Assembly: GCA_031372565.1 (NCBI GenBank)
Contig: JANMLN010000124.1
Location: forward strand, 15,684-79,683
Direction: 5' to 3'
Length of the DNA stretch: 64,000 nt
DNA from: Gemmatimonadota bacterium
GTDB lineage: Bacteria; Gemmatimonadota; Gemmatimonadetes; Gemmatimonadales; Gemmatimonadaceae
In this document: piece after piece, positions 55,262 through 64,000 of the stretch
Layout of the letters: each line of letters begins with the position of its first letter
Position numbering within the stretch: the stretch's first letter is position 1
The notes under the pieces: generated by a model
Database searches by the model: none
What the model was told of the DNA's origin: nothing
What the model saw: the letters and a program-made list of their open reading frames with translations, nothing else
Translations under genes and position numbers: made by a program

Positions 55262-57697
55262 ATGACGCACTCCTCCGTTCGCCGCTTCGCGCTCGCCGCA
55301 ATGTCGCTCTGCGCCGCCTCGACATCCGCCGCGCAGGGCTACCGCCAGCCGCCCGCGCCCATCGCGCAGATTCTCGACGCGCCCGCGACCCCGGCCGTCC
55401 AGTTGAGCCCCGATCGCACCATGCTCCTGCTCCTCGAGCGGCCAGGGCTGCCGAGCATCGCGGACGTGAGCGCACCCGAGCTGCGCCTCGCCGGACTCCG
55501 CTTCGACCCCAACACCAACGGGCCGTCGCGCGAGAACAACTACACGGCGATCTCCCTCATGCCGGTCGCGGGCGGGACACCACGCCGGATCGCGATGTCG
55601 CTCCCGTCGGGCGCCTCGATCGGCAACGTGCAGTGGGCGCGCAGCGGACAGAAGGTCGCGTTCACCGTCACCACGCAGGGCACGATCACGCTCTGGGTCG
55701 CCGACCTCGCCACGGCCACCGCCAGGCAGCTGTCGACTCGCGCGCTCAACAGCGTGCTCGGCGCCCCCTGCGACTGGGTCGATGCCACGCGCCTCGCCTG
55801 CCGCACGATTCCCGACAACCGCGGCGCAGCGCCGGTCCAGGGTGGCACCCCCGCGGGCCCGATCGAGCAGGAGACGATGAGCGGCAAGGCAGAGCGTTCT
55901 GCCACCTATCAGGACCTGCTCAAGTCGCCCACCGACGAGAAGCTGTTCGAGTATTACGCCACGAGCCAGCTCGTGCTCGTCTCGCTCGACGGCAAGATCA
56001 CCAAGCTCGGCGCCCCCGAACTGCTGCGGCGCGTCGATGCGAGCCCCGATGGTCGCTTCCTGCTCGTGGACGCTCTACATCGTCCGTTCTCGTATCAGGT
56101 GCCGTTGCAGTACTTCCCCACGCGGACCGAAGTGCGCGACCTGTCGGGTGCGGTCACCAAGGTCGTGATCGATCGCCCACTCGTCGAGCGCGTGCCGTGG
56201 CGCGGTGATGCCGTCATCCCGGGCCCGCGGTCCGCCTCGTGGCGCGCTGATGCCGCATCGACGCTCGTGTGGATCGAAGCGCTCGACAACGGCGATCCGG
56301 ACGTGAAGGTGCCCAAGCGCGATCGCGTGCTGATGCTCGACGCGCCGTTCACGGGCAGCACGCGCACACTCGTCGAAACCGAATGGCGCGCGGGCGGACT
56401 CGTGTGGGGACGCGCCGATCTCGCGCTCGCCACGGAGAACCAGCAGAAGGAGCGCCGCACCCGACAGTGGGTGATCGACCCGTCAGGCAAGGCCGCTCCC
56501 CGCATGTTGTGGGACCGCTCGAGTGAGGATCGGTACGGCAACCCTGGCACCTTCATGACCGTGCGCAACGCCGCAGGACGCGCGGTGCTGCTCACCACGG
56601 CCGACGGAGCCAGCGCCTACCTCACCGGCGATGGTGCCTCCGCCGAGGGAGATCGCCCGTTCACCGACCGGATCGACTTGGCCTCGGCGAAGACCACGCG
56701 GGTCTTCCAGTCACAGGCGCCATACTACGAACAGCCGATCGGCTGGATCGACGAGCGCGCGCAGCGCATGCTCACGCGCCGCGAATCCAGGACCGACGTC
56801 CCCAACTACTGGTCGCGCGATCTCGTGCGCAAAGTGGCCCCCATGCCACTTACGGCGTTCGCGGATCCCGCGCCGCAGTTCAAGGGCGTGACGTCGCAGC
56901 TCATCACGTACACGCGCGCCGACGGCGTGAAGCTCTCGGCCACCATTCATCTGCCCGGCAACTACGACAAGGCCAAGGACGGGCCGCTGCCGTTCTTCCT
57001 CTGGGCGTATCCGCTCGAGTACCGCTCGCGTGAAGCGGCCAGTCAGGTGATCGGCTCCCCGTATCGCTTCGTACGGCCGACCGGCGCATCGCACCTGTTC
57101 CTGCTCACGCAGGGCTATGGGGTGATGGACAACCCCACCATGCCCATCGTCGGTGAGAACGGCAAGGAGCCGAACGACTCGTATGTGGAGCAGTTGGTGG
57201 CGAGCGCCCAGGCGGCGGTGGACACCATTGTGGCCATGGGGGTCGCGGACCGCGACCGGATCGGCGTGGGCGGCCATTCGTACGGCGCCTTCATGACTGC
57301 CAACCTGCTGGCACACACGCGCCTCTTCCGGGCCGGCATCGCGCGCTCGGGCGCGTACAATCGCACCCTGACGCCGTTCGGCTTTCAGGGAGAGGATCGC
57401 ACCTACTGGGACGCGGCCGAGCTGTACAACACGATGTCGCCGTTCACCAATGCCAACAAGATCAAGGACCCGATCCTGCTGATCCACGGCATGGCCGATG
57501 ACAACACGGGGACGTACCCGATCCAGTCGGAGCGGATGTACGCGGCACTCAAGGGGAATGGCGCGACGACGCGCTATGTCCAGCTCCCGGCCGAAGCGCA
57601 CGGGTATCGTGCGCGGGAGAGTGTCGGGCACACGCTGGCCGAAATGGTGGGGTGGCTTGATCGGTACGTGAAGGCGAAGCGGCCGAACGCGGACTAA
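55262..57697 (+). CDS. Secreted S9 family peptidase (prolyl oligopeptidase-like)
   Basis: Signal peptide; GGHSYGA (Ser), DDNTG (Asp), EAHGY (His). Confidence 0.93.
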   Translation: MTHSSVRRFALAAMSLCAASTSAAQGYRQPPAPIAQILDAPATPAVQLSPDRTMLLLLERPGLPSIADVSAPELRLAGLRFDPNTNGPSRENNYTAISLMPVAGGTPRRIAMSLPSGASIGNVQWARSGQKVAFTVTTQGTITLWVADLATATARQLSTRALNSVLGAPCDWVDATRLACRTIPDNRGAAPVQGGTPAGPIEQETMSGKAERSATYQDLLKSPTDEKLFEYYATSQLVLVSLDGKITKLGAPELLRRVDASPDGRFLLVDALHRPFSYQVPLQYFPTRTEVRDLSGAVTKVVIDRPLVERVPWRGDAVIPGPRSASWRADAASTLVWIEALDNGDPDVKVPKRDRVLMLDAPFTGSTRTLVETEWRAGGLVWGRADLALATENQQKERRTRQWVIDPSGKAAPRMLWDRSSEDRYGNPGTFMTVRNAAGRAVLLTTADGASAYLTGDGASAEGDRPFTDRIDLASAKTTRVFQSQAPYYEQPIGWIDERAQRMLTRRESRTDVPNYWSRDLVRKVAPMPLTAFADPAPQFKGVTSQLITYTRADGVKLSATIHLPGNYDKAKDGPLPFFLWAYPLEYRSREAASQVIGSPYRFVRPTGASHLFLLTQGYGVMDNPTMPIVGENGKEPNDSYVEQLVASAQAAVDTIVAMGVADRDRIGVGGHSYGAFMTANLLAHTRLFRAGIARSGAYNRTLTPFGFQGEDRTYWDAAELYNTMSPFTNANKIKDPILLIHGMADDNTGTYPIQSERMYAALKGNGATTRYVQLPAEAHGYRARESVGHTLAEMVGWLDRYVKAKRPNAD

Positions 57698-57780
57698 TGT
57701 CGTCCTGAGCGAAGCGAAGGACCTGCTTTTTCTTATCAGCGAAAAGCAGAAGCAGATCCTTCGCTTTGCTCAGGATGACA
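57698..57780. repeat. REP-like palindromic element, copy 3
   Basis: TGTCGTCCTGAGCGAAGCGAAGGACCTGCTT ... AAGCAGATCCTTCGCTTTGCTCAGGATGACA. Confidence 0.9.
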
Positions 57781-57817
57781 GCGGGAACTTGTTAGCCCCC
57801 TCGGCGCTAGCTCTCCC

Positions 57818-58396
57818 GTGACCACCGCCACCGCCCTCGCCGACTTCGAGTCGGTCATGCTGCGCTACCTCCCCGACGTCACCCGCTACGCCCGCTCGAT
57901 GGCCGGGCCCGGTGCCGACGCCGACGACGTCGTGCAGGACACGTACCTGGACGCCTGGCGTGGTCGCGCGACCTTCGACCCCACCCGTGACGCGCGGAAG
58001 TGGCTCTTCGCCATCTGCCGACACGCCTTCATCAAGCGCTACCGCAAGTCCACGCGGGAAACTGCCGTGGGCGATCCCGCCGAACTCGAGTCGCACGCCA
58101 CGGCCGTCGGGCACGCGGCCGCCGTGCGTGACGGATCGGCCGCCCTGCTCGACAGCATGGACCTGGGCCCTGCCATCAACACCGCGATGGCGACGCTGCC
58201 GGGCACCTTTCGCGAGGTGATTGCGCTCGTCGATGTGGGGGGCAGCGACTACGCCGAGGCAGCGGAAGCGCTGGGTATCCCCGTCGGTACCGTTCGGTCG
58301 CGGCTCTTTCGCGGGCGCCGCTTGCTGCAAGAACAGTTGCTCGATTACGCACGCGATGCGGGATTCCGCATGCGCACAGGACCGGAGGCATCATGA
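57818..58396 (+). CDS. ECF RNA polymerase sigma factor
   Basis: DADDVVQDT, KWLF.I, Y.EAAEALGIPVGTVRSRLFRGR. Confidence 0.92.
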   Translation: MTTATALADFESVMLRYLPDVTRYARSMAGPGADADDVVQDTYLDAWRGRATFDPTRDARKWLFAICRHAFIKRYRKSTRETAVGDPAELESHATAVGHAAAVRDGSAALLDSMDLGPAINTAMATLPGTFREVIALVDVGGSDYAEAAEALGIPVGTVRSRLFRGRRLLQEQLLDYARDAGFRMRTGPEAS

Positions 58397-58650
58397 GCGA
58401 GACCACGCTGTCGTGCAGTGAAACCGTTCGCGCCATGTGGGACTACGTCGACCACGCGCTGCCCAGCGGCTTGCGCAGCGCCGTCGAGGCGCACCTCAAG
58501 GGGTGCGACGACTGCACGGGCCACGTGGCGTTCGCGCGCCGGCTCGTCGAGAACATCGCGCGGGCGCCGGTGCCGAAGTCGGACATCGAGGTGCTGGAGC
58601 TCCGCGTGCGCGGAGCGTTGGCGCACGAGGCGCTCAGCGCACCTTCTTGA
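58393..58650 (+). CDS. zf-HC2 (ZAS) anti-sigma factor
   Basis: C..TV...WDYVD...HLKGCDDC (HxxxCxxC); ATGA overlap with the sigma gene. Confidence 0.88.
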   Translation: MSETTLSCSETVRAMWDYVDHALPSGLRSAVEAHLKGCDDCTGHVAFARRLVENIARAPVPKSDIEVLELRVRGALAHEALSAPS

Positions 58651-60253
58651 GCACCCGCCCCGGCCGCGCCTTCCCCAGCACGCCATGCTCCATCACCGGC
58701 ACGCCGTTCACGATCACCCACGGAATCCCCACGGGATAATGATGCGGGTCGGTGAACGTCCCGCGCTCACCGACCGTCGCCGGATCGATTACCGTGATGT
58801 CCGCCACGCAGCCCACGCGCAGACATCCCCGATCGGCGAGCCCCAGCCGCTTCGCCGGCAGTGATGTCATCTTGCGCACGGCCTCCGGCAACGTGAGAAC
58901 CCCCTGCTCGCGCACGTACGTGCCAAGCACACGGGGAAAGGTGCCGTAGCTCCGCGGATGCGGCACGCCGTCACCGGGACGCACCAGGCCGCCGTCGCTC
59001 GCAATGGCCGTGAACGGGTCCTGCATGATGCGGCGCACGTCCCCCTCATCCATGACGTGGTAGATCATCGAGGCGCCACCGTTCAACTCCCCTTCGAGCA
59101 CGAGCGGCGCAGCGCCGGCCGATGTGAGCGCAACACGACGCTGCGCCGCCCAGTCGTGGAGCGTCGTCCCCTCGAGCGTGCGCTGCCAGGCCACGCTCGC
59201 GAACTGCACCCGGCGCAGGTCACCGCCACCACGGTCATGATCGAGCAGGAAGGTGATCCCGCGGATGATCGAGTCGCGCAGCACCGGATTGGCGGCGCGT
59301 TGCTTGAGCGCCTGCGGCCCGCCGGCCAACGCCCAGTTGGGAATCAGGACCGCCAGCGCCGTCGAACTCGCCGTGTACGGATACTGATCCTGCATCACAT
59401 CCGTCCCTGCCTTCCGGGCCGAATCCGCCATGCGCAGCGTCGTCACGCTCTGCCCCCACATCTCCCGACCGATCGCCTTGTGGTGCGTGAGGACCACCGG
59501 GATGTACGCGCGCCGCCCGATCTCCAGCGCTTCCGCCACTCCCTGCACGAGCCCCAGGCCCTCCTCACGGAGATGCGACGTGTAGATCCCGCCGCCATCG
59601 CTCGCGGCCTGCGCCAGCGCCACGACTTCGTCGAGCGTGGCGTAGGAGCCGGGCACATACCGAAGCCCCGTGCTCAGGCCGAATGCGCCCTCGCGCATGG
59701 CGTCGCGCACCAGCTGCACCATGCGGGTCAGTTCGTCCACTGTCGGCGCGCGATTGGCGGTTCCCATGACGCGCTCGCGAATCGTGTTGTGCCCAGCCAG
59801 CCACGCCACGTTCATGCCGAGCGGTGCGCGCGCCACCGAGTCCGCGTACACGCCGAACGGCGATGGTCCACCGCCATCCGGTCCGCCGAGTGCAAGCGTC
59901 ACCCCTTGGCGAACTTCGCTCGCCGCGTCGGGCATGCGCAGAATCGGCTCGATGTGCGCGTGCAGATCGATGAAGCCCGGCGTGACCGTCAGACCCGTTG
60001 CATCGATCTCGCGCCTGCCGCATCGCGCGGACAATGGTGTGGTGCTCACCGCGATCACGCGATCACCGCGGACCGCGATATCGGCGCGCACGGCGGGGGC
60101 GCCCGTCCCGTCGAGCACCTGCCCGTTACGGATGACGAGGTCGGCCGGACACACCGCTTGCGCCTGCACTCCCAACGGCCATCCGAGGACGAGGCCCGTG
60201 AACACGAGCGACCGGAGTGACCTTTGTGTCCTGTGTGTCATCTGCAGCATCAT
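58634..60253 (-). CDS. N-acyl-D-amino-acid deacylase (D-aminoacylase)
   Basis: PGFIDLHAH, GLSTGL.Y.PG, YTSHLR, DQYPY, ASDG, HPRSYGTFPR. Confidence 0.92.
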   Translation of the reverse strand: MMLQMTHRTQRSLRSLVFTGLVLGWPLGVQAQAVCPADLVIRNGQVLDGTGAPAVRADIAVRGDRVIAVSTTPLSARCGRREIDATGLTVTPGFIDLHAHIEPILRMPDAASEVRQGVTLALGGPDGGGPSPFGVYADSVARAPLGMNVAWLAGHNTIRERVMGTANRAPTVDELTRMVQLVRDAMREGAFGLSTGLRYVPGSYATLDEVVALAQAASDGGGIYTSHLREEGLGLVQGVAEALEIGRRAYIPVVLTHHKAIGREMWGQSVTTLRMADSARKAGTDVMQDQYPYTASSTALAVLIPNWALAGGPQALKQRAANPVLRDSIIRGITFLLDHDRGGGDLRRVQFASVAWQRTLEGTTLHDWAAQRRVALTSAGAAPLVLEGELNGGASMIYHVMDEGDVRRIMQDPFTAIASDGGLVRPGDGVPHPRSYGTFPRVLGTYVREQGVLTLPEAVRKMTSLPAKRLGLADRGCLRVGCVADITVIDPATVGERGTFTDPHHYPVGIPWVIVNGVPVMEHGVLGKARPGRVLKKVR

Positions 60254-61218
60254 GGTGAAGGGCGAAGCGGGGCTGGTACTCGATCGGCCACCAGACTCGC
60301 GAGATCAGCGGCGTGCACCGACATCGGCCGCTCGAGCAATCCGCTCGCATGCGCAGCCATGCCAAGCACGTTCTCGGCGGACACCCCCGCGGCGCGCATC
60401 TCGCGCAGTCCCGTGTCCTGTGCCGCCTTGCTCAACTTGGTGCCGTCGGGGCGCATCACCAGCGGATGATGCAGGTAGCGCGGCGGTGCAGTGCGGCCAA
60501 GCAAGCGCGCGAGCGCCAACTGTCGCCCTGTGGAATCGAGCAGATCTTCGCCTCGAATCACGATGTCGATCTGCTGCCGATCATCATCGACCACCACGCA
60601 CCATTGGTACGTGAAGTCGCCATGCCGGTCGCGCACGAGCACGTCGCCACACTGCGTGGCTGGCACCTGCTCCTGGGCACCGAGGCGCAGATCATGAAAA
60701 TGCTCGCGACCGTTGTCGAGGCGCACGCGGCGGGCGAGCACCTTGGTGCCATCGATCGCGACACTCCGACAGGTGCCGGGATACGGCGTCTCGCGATTGG
60801 TGACCTCACCGGCGATGGCCGCGATATCACGCCGTGAGCACTGACAGGGGTACACGAGTGATGCGCGTTCGAGCCGCGCGAGCGCGTCAGCATAGCGTGG
60901 CGTCTCGTCGCTCTGCCGGTTGGGCGACCGTCCATGACGAAAGCTGGCCACCGATCCGTCGTCGGGTGCGAAGCCGAGCCACTCGAGATCGTCCAGCAAT
61001 CCCTGCTCATACTCGGGACGACAGCGGCCACGATCATGATCCTCGATGCGCAACACCACCTGTCCACCGAAGGCGCGGGCGAGTCCCCAGACCCAGACCG
61101 CATTGACCGCGTGACCGAGATGCAGCCACCCGGTGGGCGCCGGCGCAAAGCGCGTGCGCCACGGGCGGTCGAACGCTGCGATGGCGTGCGCGAGGTCGGT
61201 CGTGTCGAGCCGGGTCAT
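60250..61218 (-). CDS. gluQ: Glutamyl-Q tRNA(Asp) synthetase
   Basis: RFAPAPTG.LHLGH, LRIED, C.CSR...YPGTCR, IRGEDL, KLSK; no anticodon-binding domain. Confidence 0.85.
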   Translation of the reverse strand: MTRLDTTDLAHAIAAFDRPWRTRFAPAPTGWLHLGHAVNAVWVWGLARAFGGQVVLRIEDHDRGRCRPEYEQGLLDDLEWLGFAPDDGSVASFRHGRSPNRQSDETPRYADALARLERASLVYPCQCSRRDIAAIAGEVTNRETPYPGTCRSVAIDGTKVLARRVRLDNGREHFHDLRLGAQEQVPATQCGDVLVRDRHGDFTYQWCVVVDDDRQQIDIVIRGEDLLDSTGRQLALARLLGRTAPPRYLHHPLVMRPDGTKLSKAAQDTGLREMRAAGVSAENVLGMAAHASGLLERPMSVHAADLASLVADRVPAPLRPSP

Positions 61219-62975
61219 CGGGGGGAAGTCTGCAGGCGCGTGCCCATCCGCGCGAGATCGCGCGTGAGTGCTGCCGCCGACGGTGCACGACGGAGGAGGC
61301 GTTCGAGCACGACCCGAGCGGGTACCTCGCGCCCATACCGATACAGCGAAGCGCTCATCCGTTCATACCAGCGCGCGTCGCCCGCAAGCCAGCTGCCATG
61401 CCGCTGCTGCAACACCGCACGGAGGTCGGCCACCACGATCGCCCCCATGGCGTAGTTGAGCATGTACCCCGGCAGGTCGAACAGCTGCGCGCGCATGGCC
61501 CACCACGATCGCTCGGGATGCGGCGCGATGTGCAGGTAGTGGCGCGAGATCTCCGTCCAGACCGCGTTCGGATCAGCGTTGGGCGCGCGATGCATGCGAA
61601 TCTCGAACAAGCTCCACGCGGCATCGAGCATGATGCTGCCGTAGCGCGCGCGGAGCGACACCGCCGTCGGCACCGAGTCACCCAGCCAGCGCTGCTGCCA
61701 CGTGGGTTCGTACACGTCGAGCGCGACGATGTCGGCGATTCCCTCGGTGAACACGTTGGCATCGGGCCAGTCCGCGTATGCGGGACGCGTGCGGATGGCG
61801 GCGATGTGCACGGCATGACCGCTCTCGTGCAGCAACTCGTTCAGGATGTCGAGCCCGCCATCAGCGTACGTCGCAAAGACCCACGGCTCGGCGCTCACCC
61901 ACGCGCCAGCTTCCCAGCGCGGGCGATCGCCGAACGTGGTGTACGCCACCGGCGTCTGGCCGATACGTGGCTCGATGTCGTACTGTGTATGGAACGACGT
62001 GAGATCGGCGCCCAGCGCGCGATAGTAGGCATGGTTGAGCTCGAGCAGCCGGGTGCGCGGAATGCGACTGGCCAACCGTCGGCTCGCTTCGCCGTTCTCG
62101 AACCAGTAGTCCCACGGCTCGATGAGCGTGTCGGGGGTGGCCACACGCCACGCCTCGAGCAGCGACTCCATCGCGCGCTCGATCGTGCGCGCCGGGATGC
62201 CAAGCGCGTCGGCGCTCTTGTCGAGCGGGCGCGCACCCACCGTCCACGCCACCGCCTCGGCGCGGATCAGCGTGCGCCATGGACCACTCGGCGCGTCGTC
62301 GCCGTTCACCGATCGCCAGACCGTATCGAGCGCGGTCCACAGTGCGCGGCGTTGGTCGCGGTCCGGCTGCCAGCCGAGTCGGCCCAGCACGCCGAGGCGA
62401 TTGAACGTCGAGTCACCGACGCGGACCGCTTCGGTCGCCACGCGATAGCAATGCGTGATGCGCGCGCGCAGCGCGCGGGTGCCGCTGTCGGCGAGCAGAC
62501 GCGGTGCGTCGTAGGCACAGGCGACGGGCAGACCACCGCGCGTCGTCTTCCCACGCTTCCCGGCGGCTGGCACGGCGAACTCGGTCGCGATCTCGGCGCG
62601 CATCGCCCGCCAGGCCGCGCGGTCGCTGGTCGAGAGGCGTAGGGCGCGCACCCGGTCCGGGAACTGTGCGAGCGAATCGCGGAGCGAGTCGAGCTGTGCG
62701 GAGAGTGTGCTGAGCGGGACGCCGCGGGCCGATCTGTCGCGGCCAGACGCGACCGTCACGTCGATCTGGTCCTTGAGGCGGCGGGCGCGCTCGAAGGTGC
62801 GCTCGAAGGGCGCGAGGGGAGAGCGCGTCCATGCGGGAGGAGCAACTCTTGAATCTACAGCGGCTGGTTGATCCTGCGCAAAGATCGGGTTTGCCAGCAG
62901 AACAACCAGTATTGTCGCTTTACAGGCTGTTAACTGGCTTATTATTGATGCGAAATATGATTCGATGGATTTCAC
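61215..62975 (-). CDS. Hypothetical secreted gluzincin-like (M2/M3-type) metallopeptidase
   Basis: HESGH (HExxH) plus downstream EGIA and Y..NY..G; start uncertain (GTG 62975). Confidence 0.65.
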   Translation of the reverse strand: MKSIESYFASIISQLTACKATILVVLLANPIFAQDQPAAVDSRVAPPAWTRSPLAPFERTFERARRLKDQIDVTVASGRDRSARGVPLSTLSAQLDSLRDSLAQFPDRVRALRLSTSDRAAWRAMRAEIATEFAVPAAGKRGKTTRGGLPVACAYDAPRLLADSGTRALRARITHCYRVATEAVRVGDSTFNRLGVLGRLGWQPDRDQRRALWTALDTVWRSVNGDDAPSGPWRTLIRAEAVAWTVGARPLDKSADALGIPARTIERAMESLLEAWRVATPDTLIEPWDYWFENGEASRRLASRIPRTRLLELNHAYYRALGADLTSFHTQYDIEPRIGQTPVAYTTFGDRPRWEAGAWVSAEPWVFATYADGGLDILNELLHESGHAVHIAAIRTRPAYADWPDANVFTEGIADIVALDVYEPTWQQRWLGDSVPTAVSLRARYGSIMLDAAWSLFEIRMHRAPNADPNAVWTEISRHYLHIAPHPERSWWAMRAQLFDLPGYMLNYAMGAIVVADLRAVLQQRHGSWLAGDARWYERMSASLYRYGREVPARVVLERLLRRAPSAAALTRDLARMGTRLQTSPR

Positions 62976-63190
62976 AGACTTGTAACCTCCGAATCGCCAG
63001 CGCCAGCCGAGTGCGCCCACCTCCGGCCAGCCCGCCCGTCCACGGCCAACGCTCGATCCCTGGTTGCGCCTCTGCATCGCGGGCAGAAGATCCCCCCGAG
63101 TGGGGCACTCCGCCAGAGGCCGCGGTTCTCCTCATCCGCGCGTATCCTTCCCACGTGCACCCCCCGTGCCCCGCCCTCGAGCCCTGTCAC

Positions 63191-64000
63191 ATGTCCCGTC
63201 TTCTGTTCGCGCCTGTACGCGTCGCCGTCGTCGCCCTGTTCGGCGCTGCCGTCTCGTCGCAGTTGAATGCCCAGGCGAAGAGAGCGGCCGAGTCCCCGGC
63301 CAGTTACCGCGCCACCGCCAACCGGCTCATCAACGGCGCGCTGGCCGACACCACCGGTTTCATCCGTCTGGCCGAGCTCGTGGATACGCACGGTCACCGA
63401 CTGAGCGGTTCGCAGTCGCTTGAAACGGCGATCGACTGGCTCGAAGCCAAGCTCAAGGCCGACGGTTTCGACAACGTGCACACCGAGCCGGTGATGGTGC
63501 CGCACTGGGTGCGCGGCGCCGAGTCGGTGGAGCTGATCGAACCTCGGCGCACACCCATGAAGATGCTCGGGCTCGGCGGCAGCGTCGGCACGCCGGTGGG
63601 GGGCATCACCGCGCCGGTGGTGGTCATCTCGAGCTTCGATGAACTCACCAGGCGTGCGGCTGAGGTGAAGGGCAAGATCGTGCTGTTCGACGTGCCGTTC
63701 ACGACCTACGGCGCCACCGTGCAGTACCGCGCATTCGGCCCGAGTGCGGCCGCCAAGGCAGGTGCGGTGGCCATGCTGTTGCGGTCGGTCGGGCCGTTCA
63801 GCATCGCAAGCCCGCACACGGGTGGGCTGCGCTACGACACGAGTGTGGTGAAGATCCCCGCGGCCGCGATCACGTCCGAAGACGCCGGCATGTTGCGCCG
63901 CCTCCAGGCGCGCGGGCTTCCGGTGAGCGTGAAGCTCGTGATGAGCGCGCAGATGCTCCCCGATGCGCCGTCGCGCAACGTGATCGCGCAGATCACGGGC
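63191..64000 (+). CDS. M28 family peptidase with PA domain (carboxypeptidase Q-like), truncated by window edge
   Basis: ATG 63191, signal peptide; GHRLSGS, EPV.VPHWVRG, GLGGSVGT, VKGKIVLF, SPHTG, SRNVIA. Confidence 0.85.
   Translation, partial: MSRLLFAPVRVAVVALFGAAVSSQLNAQAKRAAESPASYRATANRLINGALADTTGFIRLAELVDTHGHRLSGSQSLETAIDWLEAKLKADGFDNVHTEPVMVPHWVRGAESVELIEPRRTPMKMLGLGGSVGTPVGGITAPVVVISSFDELTRRAAEVKGKIVLFDVPFTTYGATVQYRAFGPSAAAKAGAVAMLLRSVGPFSIASPHTGGLRYDTSVVKIPAAAITSEDAGMLRRLQARGLPVSVKLVMSAQMLPDAPSRNVIAQITG

Overview
GC-rich bacterial chromosomal window. The gene repertoire (Ser/Thr kinase-TolB fusion, PadR with a membrane partner, LVIVD/DUF305 pair, many secreted peptidases) suggests Gemmatimonadota; this is inference only. 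Housekeeping and metabolic genes occupy about 1-26.4 kb and 44-64 kb: lepB, nfo, pruA, gluQ, ABC and RND transporters, a P450, peptidases and an ECF sigma/anti-sigma pair. Between them (about 26.44-43.99 kb) lies a decayed mobile-element hotspot. It holds an IS481-like right end, a damaged IS91/ISCR-type rolling-circle transposase plus a second fragment, two oriIS-like motifs, three toxin-antitoxin remnants, degenerate attC-like sites and accessory cargo (ice-binding PEP-CTERM protein, subtilase). The main finding is a complete but inactivated IS110-family, IS1111-type element (39248-40665). It has a CT core at both junctions and subterminal inverted repeats, and it sits exactly inside an IS91/ISCR oriIS-like motif. 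Its downstream non-coding region has segments matching both halves of that target, as expected for a bridge/seek RNA aimed at rolling-circle transposon origins. Three copies of a REP-like palindrome (about 76-83 bp) are also present. No rRNA, tRNA, CRISPR array or integron integrase was recognised. All calls come from reading the sequence by eye; start codons are estimates.
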